A stretch of 64,000 nucleotides of DNA from the NCBI GenBank assembly GCA_049511615.1, contig JBEKXW010000009.1, positions 12,703 to 76,702 on the forward strand, written 5' to 3'. This document shows, piece by piece, positions 8,012-19,831 of the stretch. Position numbers and translations under genes: made by a program. A model generated the notes under the pieces. The model did no database searches and was not told the origin of the DNA. It saw nothing but the letters and a program-made list of their open reading frames with translations. Each line of letters starts with the position of its first letter. Position 1 is the first letter of the stretch. The stretch comes from Candidatus Dormibacteria bacterium (lineage in GTDB: Bacteria > Chloroflexota > Dormibacteria > Aeolococcales > Aeolococcaceae).

Positions 8012-10717
8012 ATGGAGGTGTCGACGGCCTACGACGCGCTGGTCATCGGCAGCGGGATCGGCGGCATGGAGGCGGCGATCAAGCTCGGCGACATGGGCTA
8101 CCGGGTGCTGGTGGTCGAGAAAGAGCCGTCGATCGGGGGCAAGATGATCCTGCTCAGCAAGGTCTTCCCCACCCTGGACTGCGCCAGCTGCATCTCGACG
8201 CCGAAGATGGCGGCGACCGCGCACCACCCCAACGTCACCGTTCTGACCCAGGCGGAGGTGACCCGCATCCGCGACCGTGATGGCGGCGGCTTCCACGCCA
8301 CCGTGCATCGGTCGGCGCGCTTCGTCGACGAGTCCCTGTGCACCGGTTGCCGGCTCTGCGAGATGGCCTGCACGGTCGCGGTCCCCGACCAGTTCAACGG
8401 CGAGATGGTCTCGCGGCGTGCCGCCTACATCCCCTTCCCCCAGGCGATCCCACAGAAGGCGCTCATCGAGCGCGCCGGTAGCTCGCCCTGCAGCTTCACC
8501 TGCCCCGCCGGGGTCAAGGCGCACGGCTACGTCTCGCTGGTGCGCAGCGGCAGGGACCAGGAGGCATTCGCCCTGGTGGCGGAGACGACCCCTCTGGTGG
8601 GCACCCTCGGCCGTGCCTGCTACGCCCCCTGCGAGGCGGAGTGCACCCGGGGCAGTCTGGAGGGCCCGGTGTCGATCCGCCGTCTCAAACGCTTCGTCGC
8701 CGACGCTCACTACGCGCTGCCCGAGCCCCCGGAGGGCGCGCGGCCGGCGCCGAACGGGAGGCGCATCGCTGTGGTCGGATCCGGACCCGCCGGCCTGACC
8801 GCGGCCTGGCAACTGGCGCGCGGTGGCTACGGGGTCACCATCTTCGAAGCAGCGCCCGCGCCGGGTGGCGCCCCCCGCCTCGCCATCCCCGGCTACCGCC
8901 TGCCCGTCGAGGTGATCGAGCGCGACATCCGCAACGTGACCGACCTGGGTGTCGAGATCGTGACCGGCACCCGCGTCGATGACCTCGCGGCATTCCGGGC
9001 GCAGGGGTACGACGCCGTGCTGGTGGCCACCGGGACACCGCGGCCCGCCCGCCTGCGCGTGCCTGGCGAGGACTCGCTCGACGGGATCCGCGCCGCGCTC
9101 GACCTCCTGCGCGACATCCGGCTCGATCACGCCCCGGACCTCGGCGGCAGGGTCGTCGCCGTCATCGGCGGGGGCAACGTCGCCATCGACGCGGCGCGCA
9201 GCGCCCGCCGCCTCGGCGCCGCGACGGTGCATCTCGTCTGCCTCGAGCAGCGCGCCGAGATGCCCGCCTACGCGTGGGAGGTCGACGAGGCGCTCGCCGA
9301 GGGCGTACGGCTGCACGACGGGTGGGGGATCGCGGGATTTCGTGGCGGCACCGAGGTGGAGGGGGTCGAGCTCAAGCGCTGCGTCGCGGTGTTCGACGCC
9401 GAGCACCGGTTCAGCCCGCGCTATGACGAGACCGCTGGTGAGGTGCTCGGCTGCGACGCGGTCGTCGTCGCCATCGGCATGGGTGCCGACACCGCGGCGT
9501 TCCCAGCGCTCGCGCCGGCGGGGGCGCGCGCCCTTCAGGCGGATGCCGAGCACCTTCAGACCGCGGTGCCATGGGTCTTCGCCGCCGGCGACGCCGTGAC
9601 CGGGCCCACCACCATCGCGGAGGCGGTCGGGCAGGGCCGCCGCGCCGCCTTCATGATCGACCGCTGGCTCCGCGATCTTCCCCTCACGGGCTTCGACGAA
9701 CCCCTGCCCAAGGTCGACGGGGCCGCGGTGCTGGCCCGGCAGCGCAGCCACAGCCGTCGCGCGCCACTCGCCGCCCGCCCTCAGCTGACCGAGGCGCCCG
9801 CCGGCTTCGTCGAGCTCGAACCCGCGCTCAGCGAGGACCAGGCACGCGAGGCCGCCGGTCGCTGCCTGGACTGCGGGGTCTGCTCGGAGTGCCACGAGTG
9901 CCTGGCCGCCTGCCCCGCGGCGGCGATCGACCTGGGCATGCGGGCGTCGGACGTCGAGGTCGCGGTGGGATCGGTCGTCGTCTCCACCGGCTACCGCATC
10001 TTCCCGGCCGATCTCAAGCCCGAGTACGGGTACGGGCGCTTCAAGAACGTGATCACCGGGACCCAGATGGAGCGCCTGCTGGCGCCGACCCGTCCCTACA
10101 ACACCGTGCTCCGGCCGGGCGACGGGAAGGTGCCGGAGCGGATCGGCTACGTGATGTGCACGGGTTCGCGTGACCAGACCGTGGGCAACCCGCTCTGCTC
10201 CAAGTTCTGCTGCATGTACTCGCTCAAGCAGAACCAGCTGATCATGGGCGCGCTCCCCCTCGCCGACGTGACCGTCCACTACATCGATATCCGGGCCGCC
10301 GGCAAGGGGTACGACGAGTTCTTCGAGCAGGCGAAGGGGATGGGGACGACCTTCGTCAAGGGCCGCGTTGCCGGCATCACCGAGAGGCCGGACGGCGACC
10401 TTGTCCTCCGCTACGAGGACATCGATCACGGCGGGGTGATCACCGAGGCGGAGTACGACCTCGTGGTCCTGGCGGTGGGCGTCCAGCCCAATCCGGAGGC
10501 CGCCCAACCCTTCGGGCCCGGTGAGCTGGTCCTGGACGAGCACGGCTACGTGGCCGAGGTCGACGAGGATCTCAACCCGGGCGCGACCAGCATCCCCGGC
10601 GTCTTCGTGGCGGGGGCAGCATCCGGCCCGCGGGACATCCCGGAGTCGATCCTCCATTCCGGTGCCGCCGTCGCCCAGGCCGCCGCCCACCTCGAGCGGC
10701 GGAGGGTGGCGTCGTGA
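8012..10717 (+). CDS. HdrL-like large heterodisulfide reductase subunit A homologue with an embedded GltD/NfnB-like NAD(P)H-binding module and ferredoxin domains
   Basis: HdrA hallmarks: N-terminal FAD site DALVIGSGIGGMEAA, FPTLDCASCI, and C-terminal YVMCTGSRD...NPLCSKFCCMY. Inserted GltD-like region: CSFTCPAGV...CYAPCEAEC, IAVVGSGPAGLTAAW, VVAVIGGGNVAIDAAR. Additional 2x[4Fe-4S] motif CLDCGVCSECHECLAACP. 901 aa. Confidence 0.85.
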   Translation: MEVSTAYDALVIGSGIGGMEAAIKLGDMGYRVLVVEKEPSIGGKMILLSKVFPTLDCASCISTPKMAATAHHPNVTVLTQAEVTRIRDRDGGGFHATVHRSARFVDESLCTGCRLCEMACTVAVPDQFNGEMVSRRAAYIPFPQAIPQKALIERAGSSPCSFTCPAGVKAHGYVSLVRSGRDQEAFALVAETTPLVGTLGRACYAPCEAECTRGSLEGPVSIRRLKRFVADAHYALPEPPEGARPAPNGRRIAVVGSGPAGLTAAWQLARGGYGVTIFEAAPAPGGAPRLAIPGYRLPVEVIERDIRNVTDLGVEIVTGTRVDDLAAFRAQGYDAVLVATGTPRPARLRVPGEDSLDGIRAALDLLRDIRLDHAPDLGGRVVAVIGGGNVAIDAARSARRLGAATVHLVCLEQRAEMPAYAWEVDEALAEGVRLHDGWGIAGFRGGTEVEGVELKRCVAVFDAEHRFSPRYDETAGEVLGCDAVVVAIGMGADTAAFPALAPAGARALQADAEHLQTAVPWVFAAGDAVTGPTTIAEAVGQGRRAAFMIDRWLRDLPLTGFDEPLPKVDGAAVLARQRSHSRRAPLAARPQLTEAPAGFVELEPALSEDQAREAAGRCLDCGVCSECHECLAACPAAAIDLGMRASDVEVAVGSVVVSTGYRIFPADLKPEYGYGRFKNVITGTQMERLLAPTRPYNTVLRPGDGKVPERIGYVMCTGSRDQTVGNPLCSKFCCMYSLKQNQLIMGALPLADVTVHYIDIRAAGKGYDEFFEQAKGMGTTFVKGRVAGITERPDGDLVLRYEDIDHGGVITEAEYDLVVLAVGVQPNPEAAQPFGPGELVLDEHGYVAEVDEDLNPGATSIPGVFVAGAASGPRDIPESILHSGAAVAQAAAHLERRRVAS

Positions 10718-12504
10718 GCAGCGCCGGGCTCCGCCCCGATCCCGCGAAGCCCGGCATCGACGCCGGTCCCCGACGGAGGATCGGCGTCTACGTCTGCCAG
10801 TGCGGCGGCAACATCTCCGACCACGTCGACGTCGAGCGGGTGGTGGAGGCGGCCAGCGCGGACGCCGACGTGGTGGTGGCGCGGGACGCGATGTTCACCT
10901 GCTCTGATGCCACCCAGCAGGAGATCGCTGCCGACATCGCCGCGCAGCACCTCGACGGGCTGGTGGTCGCTTCCTGCTCGCCGAAGCTCCACACCTTCAC
11001 CTTCCGGGGCGTGGCCCGGCGGGCCGGGCTCAACCCCTACGAGTACACCCAGGTCAACCTCCGCGAGCAGTGTTCGTGGACGCACACCGACGACCCCGAG
11101 GGGGCCACCCGGAAGGCGATCCGCCTGGTGCACGCCGGCATCGCCCGGACCCGGCTCACCGAGCCGCTGCAGCCGACCACGGTCGAGACGGTGCCCCGGG
11201 CGCTGGTCATCGGCGGCGGCGTGGCCGGGATGCGGGCGGCGATCGGGCTGGCCGAGATCGGCCTGGGTGTCACCCTGGTCGAGCGGGAGCGCAAGCTCGG
11301 TGGCTGGGTGGCGGGGTTTGGCGCCACCTTCCCTCATGGAACGCGCGGCGCCCGCTTGGTCGCGCGCCTGGCCGCGGAGATCCAGCGCCAGCCGGCGATC
11401 ACCGTCCTCACCGGTGCCGAGGTGGTCGCCAAGTCCGGGACCTATGGCAACTACCAGGTCACGGTGGCGGCCGGTGGCGAATCACGGACGCTCGCGGTCG
11501 GCCAGATCGTGGTGGCGACCGGCTTCGACAGCTACGAGCCGGAGGCCGGCGAGTTCGGTTACGGCATCCAGGGGGTGCTGACTCTGCCCGAGTTCCGGCG
11601 GCTGGTCGACCAGGGGCACGGTCCGCTCGCCTACCGTGGCCGGGCGGTCCGGACCATCGCCTACATCTACTGCGTGGGCAGTCGCGACGCCGAGCGTGCC
11701 TACTGCTCGCGCTTCTGCTGCACCGCCGCGGTGCACGCGTCGCTGCTCGCGGCGGAGCGGGATCCCGAGATCCGCCACTACCACCTCTACCGGGATCTCC
11801 GCACCTATGGGAAGAACGAGGCGATGCTCACCGAGTCCCGCCGGCGCGGCTCGGTGTACCTGAAGTTCGCCGATGACGAGCCGCCCCAGGTGGCCGGCGA
11901 CGGCGACGGACTTCACCTCACCGTCCGCGACCTGCTGACCGCGGGCGAGGAGCTCCGCGTCGATGCCGATCTCGTGGTCCTAGCCACCGGGATGGTTCCA
12001 CGGCGGAACCCGGGCCTGGTCGGCGCGCTCAAACTCCCGGTCGGCAGGGACGGGTTCTTCAACGAGATCCACCCCAAGCTGCGACCGGTGGAGACCGTCG
12101 TCGACGGCGTGATGATCGCCGGCGCCTGCCAGGGGCCCAAGACGATGGCGGAGAGCGTCGCCTCGGGGCTCGCCGCCGTCACCCAGGCGGCCGCGGTGCT
12201 GAAGCGGGGAGTGGCCGAGCTCGACCCCCAGGTGGCCACGGTCAGCACCTCGGCCTGCACCGGGTGTGGGGTCTGTCTCGACGCCTGCCCGTTCGGCGCC
12301 ATCTCGCTCGCGGCCGCCGGGACGGCGGCCGGGGAGGCGATCTCCTCTCCTGCGGCGATGGTCGCGACCATCGACGCCGCCGGGTGCAAGGGATGCGGTG
12401 GCTGCGCACCCGTCTGCCCCCAGGACGCCATCGACCTCAAGGGCTACACCGACGCCCAGGTGCGGGCGATGATCGATGGGCTCCTCGCCGGGGTGCCGGC
12501 ATGA
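10714..12504 (+). CDS. hdrA: Heterodisulfide reductase subunit A (HdrA) with N-terminal MvhD-like Cys domain and C-terminal 2x[4Fe-4S] ferredoxin
   Basis: GTGA overlap with the hdrL stop. FAD motif ALVIGGGVAGMRAAIGLA, HdrA signature YCVGSRD...YCSRFCC, ferredoxin CTGCGVCLDACP and CKGCGGCAPVCP. The N-terminal YVCQCGGNIS...MFTCSD...LVVASCS is MvhD-like. Confidence 0.85.
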   Translation: MSSAGLRPDPAKPGIDAGPRRRIGVYVCQCGGNISDHVDVERVVEAASADADVVVARDAMFTCSDATQQEIAADIAAQHLDGLVVASCSPKLHTFTFRGVARRAGLNPYEYTQVNLREQCSWTHTDDPEGATRKAIRLVHAGIARTRLTEPLQPTTVETVPRALVIGGGVAGMRAAIGLAEIGLGVTLVERERKLGGWVAGFGATFPHGTRGARLVARLAAEIQRQPAITVLTGAEVVAKSGTYGNYQVTVAAGGESRTLAVGQIVVATGFDSYEPEAGEFGYGIQGVLTLPEFRRLVDQGHGPLAYRGRAVRTIAYIYCVGSRDAERAYCSRFCCTAAVHASLLAAERDPEIRHYHLYRDLRTYGKNEAMLTESRRRGSVYLKFADDEPPQVAGDGDGLHLTVRDLLTAGEELRVDADLVVLATGMVPRRNPGLVGALKLPVGRDGFFNEIHPKLRPVETVVDGVMIAGACQGPKTMAESVASGLAAVTQAAAVLKRGVAELDPQVATVSTSACTGCGVCLDACPFGAISLAAAGTAAGEAISSPAAMVATIDAAGCKGCGGCAPVCPQDAIDLKGYTDAQVRAMIDGLLAGVPA

Positions 12505-12737
12505 GCCGCGACATTCGCGAGGTGATGCGCGACGAGCCCCTGGTCCGCGGCCGGCTGGTGGAGCTCCTGCTCCGCGAGGGGCCGCTGACCGTGCCGGAGG
12601 CGGCGGCGCGTGGCGGCTGGCCCGAGGACGAGGTGATGGTCTGGATGATGGGCCTGCGCAAGTACGGCCACGTCGCCGAGGAGAAGGCCAGCGCCGGCGA
12701 GGAGCGGTTCCGCTACGCGGCGGTGAGACGGTCGTGA
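12501..12737 (+). CDS. Small hypothetical protein (78 aa), possible winged-helix-like, translationally coupled between hdrA and hdrC
   Basis: ATGA overlap with the hdrA stop and GTGA overlap with the hdrC start. No recognisable family. Confidence 0.45.
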   Translation: MSRDIREVMRDEPLVRGRLVELLLREGPLTVPEAAARGGWPEDEVMVWMMGLRKYGHVAEEKASAGEERFRYAAVRRS

Positions 12738-13033
12738 GCGCGCTGGTCTCTCCGCACCGCCTTCGCGATCTTCGGGCCATGGGTCCGTTCGACGCCGAGG
12801 CCTGCATGAACTGCGGCGTCTGCACCGCCATCTGCCCGCTCGGGATGAGCCTGATGCCGCGCCTGCTGTTTCGCTACGTCGTGCTCGGCCTCGACGATCG
12901 GGTCATGGAGTCGAAGGACGCGATCTTCTCGTGCTTGCTCTGCCGGGCCTGCGAGGCGAGCTGCCCCGCCGGGGTGCACATCACCGAGGACGTGCGGCTG
13001 CTCCGCCACTGGCTGCTCGAGGAGGGACGCTGA
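12734..13033 (+). CDS. hdrC: Heterodisulfide reductase subunit C (HdrC), 2x[4Fe-4S] ferredoxin-like
   Basis: CMNCGVCTAICP and CLLCRACEASCP motifs; ~100 aa; GTG start overlapping the upstream stop. Confidence 0.8.
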   Translation: MSALVSPHRLRDLRAMGPFDAEACMNCGVCTAICPLGMSLMPRLLFRYVVLGLDDRVMESKDAIFSCLLCRACEASCPAGVHITEDVRLLRHWLLEEGR

Positions 13034-14109
13034 TGCCGCTGCCCATCCCCGACGTGGTGGGGATCCTGGCGGACAACCTTCGCCGGCGGGGATCCGTGCT
13101 CCCCATACCGGCGCGCCGGGCGACCCGCTGGGCGCGCGATCTCGGCATTCCCCGCGGCGGCGAGACCGTCCTCTACACGGGCCAGATGTACCAGCTGATC
13201 CCCTACATCGAGAGGCTGGTGCGTCTCGAGCAGCGGCTCGGCGACTCGCCACTGGCCCGGTTCAGCGGCCTGGCCCGCCGGGCGAACCGGCTGGTCAACG
13301 GGGTCGCCCTGGTGGCGCGGCCGCCGGTCGCGGAGCGGCGAGAGTACGACCGTGTCCCCGCCAACGTGGCGCGGCTGCTCACCCGGTCCGGGGTCGCCTT
13401 CGGCTGCCTGTACGAGGACGACCTCTACAGCGGGGCGCTCGCCCACGATCTCGGTGCCGACGAGGCGGTTGCCGCTCACGCGCGTCGGGTCGCCGGGATC
13501 CTCCGCCGGCACGGGGTCCGCGAGGTGATCACCATCGACCCCCACACGACGACGATGCTGCGCACCGTCTATCCGCGGCTGGTCGAGGGGTACGCGGTGC
13601 GGGTGCGCAGCTACCTCGAGGTGCTGGCCGAGCGCCGGCTGCCGGTGACCACCCCGCTGACCGGAGCCGTCGTCCTCCACGACTCCTGCGTCTACGCCCG
13701 CTGCGAGGGGATCGTCGAGGAGCCGCGGCGGCTGCTCGCCGCCGCAGGCCTCACCGTCCGCGACCCGGAGAGCTCGCGCATCCGCACCTGGTGCTGCGGT
13801 GGTCCGGCGGAGTCGCTCTTCCCCGCCACCGCCCTGGCGGTCGCCACCCAGCGCGTGGATCAGCTGCGGGCCGTGGCCCCTGACTGCGTCACCATGTGCC
13901 CGATCTGCCTGGTGAACCTGGGCAAGGCTGCGGACGGGAAGCTGCGCCTACGCGACATCTCCGACTGCCTCGTCGATGCGATCGAGCCGGAGGCCCGGCC
14001 CGGAGGGCCCAGCCGGGACAATGAGAAAGGGTCGGATGCCCGCCCGCCCGGGGTTTCCACACGGGGGCGCGGAACCGGGCCGGCGGGCGCCCGGGCTGCA
14101 CGCGTGTGA
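13033..14109 (+). CDS. hdrB: Heterodisulfide reductase subunit B (HdrB), CCG-domain protein
   Basis: TGATG overlap with the hdrC stop. C-terminal CCG domain HDSCVYARC...TWCCGGP...CVTMCPICL. The N-terminal CCG-like domain lacks the cysteines. Confidence 0.8.
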   Translation: MPLPIPDVVGILADNLRRRGSVLPIPARRATRWARDLGIPRGGETVLYTGQMYQLIPYIERLVRLEQRLGDSPLARFSGLARRANRLVNGVALVARPPVAERREYDRVPANVARLLTRSGVAFGCLYEDDLYSGALAHDLGADEAVAAHARRVAGILRRHGVREVITIDPHTTTMLRTVYPRLVEGYAVRVRSYLEVLAERRLPVTTPLTGAVVLHDSCVYARCEGIVEEPRRLLAAAGLTVRDPESSRIRTWCCGGPAESLFPATALAVATQRVDQLRAVAPDCVTMCPICLVNLGKAADGKLRLRDISDCLVDAIEPEARPGGPSRDNEKGSDARPPGVSTRGRGTGPAGARAARV

Positions 14110-14179
14110 CGCGTCCGGCATCGCTCCGTCACCAGCTCCTACGATCACCCCACCACCTCGGGCGCGACGATACCCAGCT

Positions 14180-14362
14180 ATGAGCGTGCGCCAGACTCTG
14201 GAGCGGTTGCGGGCCCTGATCGAGCGTGAACGGGGTCAGGGGATGGTCGAATACGCCCTGATCCTGGTCCTGATCGCCATCGTGGTCGTCCTCATCCTGC
14301 AGGTGGTCGGCAACCAGGTGGCCAACGCCTTCTCCAACGTCAGCAGCGGTCTCGGGAGCTGA
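14180..14362 (+). CDS. Flp/Fap-family pilin (60 aa)
   Basis: Flp motif GQGMVEYALILVLIAIVVVLI after a short leader. ATG at 14180 verified. Confidence 0.6.
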   Translation: MSVRQTLERLRALIERERGQGMVEYALILVLIAIVVVLILQVVGNQVANAFSNVSSGLGS

Positions 14363-14582
14363 CCCGGGGGTCTTGAGGGGGTCCCTCGAGGCGCCGGATC
14401 TCCAGCCGCCTCGGTGTCAGCCTGGCTCCGCCCGCCCCGGGGCGGTGCAGGAGCGAGGACCTTCGGCTCTAGCGTATCGGCGTCACCAATCCTTATTTTT
14501 GTGATGCCGCCGTCACCTGGAGGAGCGCCCACCGTGCCGAACCGCGCAGACGCCACCGCGCCCCATTGCCGGAGCTGAGACA

Positions 14583-16216
14583 TTGACCCCTCGCCGACTT
14601 GAGCTGACACCGCTTCCCGACCTGCTCCACGGGGCGCCCCGCGCCGGCGCCGTGAGGACCCGCCGTCCCGTCTACGTCGACCTGCTGCCTCCCTGCAACG
14701 CCGGCTGCCCGGCGGGCGAGAACATCCAGGCCTGGCTCGGATTCGCGCGCGATGGGAAGCACGAGGAGGCCTGGCGCCAGCTGGTCGCCGACAACCCGCT
14801 CCCCGCCATCCACGGGCGGGTCTGCTACCACCCCTGCGAGGACGTCTGCAACCGCAAGGAGCTGGACAGCTCGGTCTCGATCCACGCGGTCGAGCGCTTC
14901 CTGGGCGATCTCGCCCTGGAGCGGGGCTGGGCGTTCCCCGCGCCCCCCGCGCCGAGTGGGAAGCGGGTGCTGGTGATCGGGGCCGGCCCCAGCGGGCTCT
15001 CCGCCGCCTACCAGCTGGCCCGGCAGGGGCACCAGGTGGAGATCCGGGACCTGAGCTCCGAGGCGGGCGGGATGATGCGCTACGGCATCCCCGCCTACCG
15101 GCTGCCCCGCGACGTGCTGGCCGCTGAGATCGCCCGGGTCGAGGCGCTCGGGGTGCGCTTCGTCCGCGAGCACCGGGTGACCGACTTGGCCGCCGAGAGG
15201 GCCGAGGGCGGCTTCGACGCCGTCTTCGTGGCGGTCGGTGCCCACCTCTCCAAGCACGTCGACATCCCGGCCCGGGACGCGGGGCGGATCTACGACGCGG
15301 TGTCGTTCCTCCGCGACGTCGCCGCCGGTGGCGAGCCGGTGGTCGGCCGCCGGGTCGCCGTCTACGGCGGCGGCAACACCGCGATGGACGCCGCCCGGGT
15401 CGCCAAGCGGCTGGGTGCCAGCGACTCGATGATCGTCTATCGCCGCAACCGGGAGAGGATGCCGGCCCACGAGGATGAGGCCGACGCGGCCGAGCGCGAG
15501 GGGGTGCGGATCAACTGGCTGCACACCATCACCGCCTTCGAGGGACCGGAGCTGACCGTCGAGGTGATGGAGCTGGACAAGACCGGCTTCCCGCAGCCCA
15601 CCGGCCGGTTGGAGAAGCTGGCCGCCGACACCCTCATCCTGGCCGTCGGACAGGACGCCGACACCGGGTTCCTGCGCCGCGTGCCGGGGGTGGAGTTCAA
15701 GAGCGACGGCACGGTCATCGTCTCGGCCTCGATGATGACCGGCTGCCCGGGCGTGTTCGCGGGCGGGGACATGGTTCCCGCCGAGCGGACGGTCACCGTG
15801 GGCGTCGGCCACGGGAAGAAGGCCGCCCGGTTCATCGGCCAGTACCTGCAGGGGGCGGAGGCGGGCGTGGCCGCCAAGCACGACCTGGCCAGCTTCGACC
15901 GGCTCCACCCGTGGTACTTCGCCGACGCCCATGCCCGGCCCCAGCCGGAGCGGGAGCCGGGGGAGCGGGTGGCGGACTTCGCCGAGATCGTCGCCGGCCT
16001 GAGCGAGCAGGCGGCGGTCTTCGAGGCGCAGCGCTGCCTCTCCTGTGGCAACTGCTTCGAGTGCGACGGCTGCCTGGGCTCCTGCCCGGAGGATGCGGTG
16101 GTCAAGCTCGGGGTGGGGCACCGATACCGGTTCGACTACGACCGCTGCACCGGCTGCGGGACCTGCTTCGAGCAGTGCCCCGTGCATGCCATCGACATGG
16201 TCGGGGAGCCTCAGTG

Positions 16217-16217
<1 letters not shown>
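14583..16217 (+). CDS. Glutamate-synthase-small-subunit-like (GltD/PreT/SudA family) NAD(P)H flavoprotein with C-terminal 2x[4Fe-4S] ferredoxin domain
   Basis: N-terminal Fe-S motif CNAGCPAGENIQ...CYHPCEDVC, FAD/NAD sites VLVIGAGPSGLSAAY and VAVYGGGNTAMDAAR, C-terminal CLSCGNCFECDGC...CTGCGTCFEQCP. TTG start at 14583; a downstream GTG is also possible. Confidence 0.8.

Positions 16218-19830
<3,613 letters not shown>

Positions 19831-19831
<1 letters not shown>

Noticed and set aside
7703-10690. 995-aa ORF antisense to hdrL. Similar long antisense or alternate-frame ORFs occur at 16211-19684 (opposite por), 40081-42270, 57772-59283, 5961-7274 and 479-1453.
   Set aside because: These are Arg/Gly/Pro-rich low-complexity translations, typical of stop-codon-poor reverse frames in ~72% GC DNA. 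Each overlaps a gene with clear homology on the other strand or frame.
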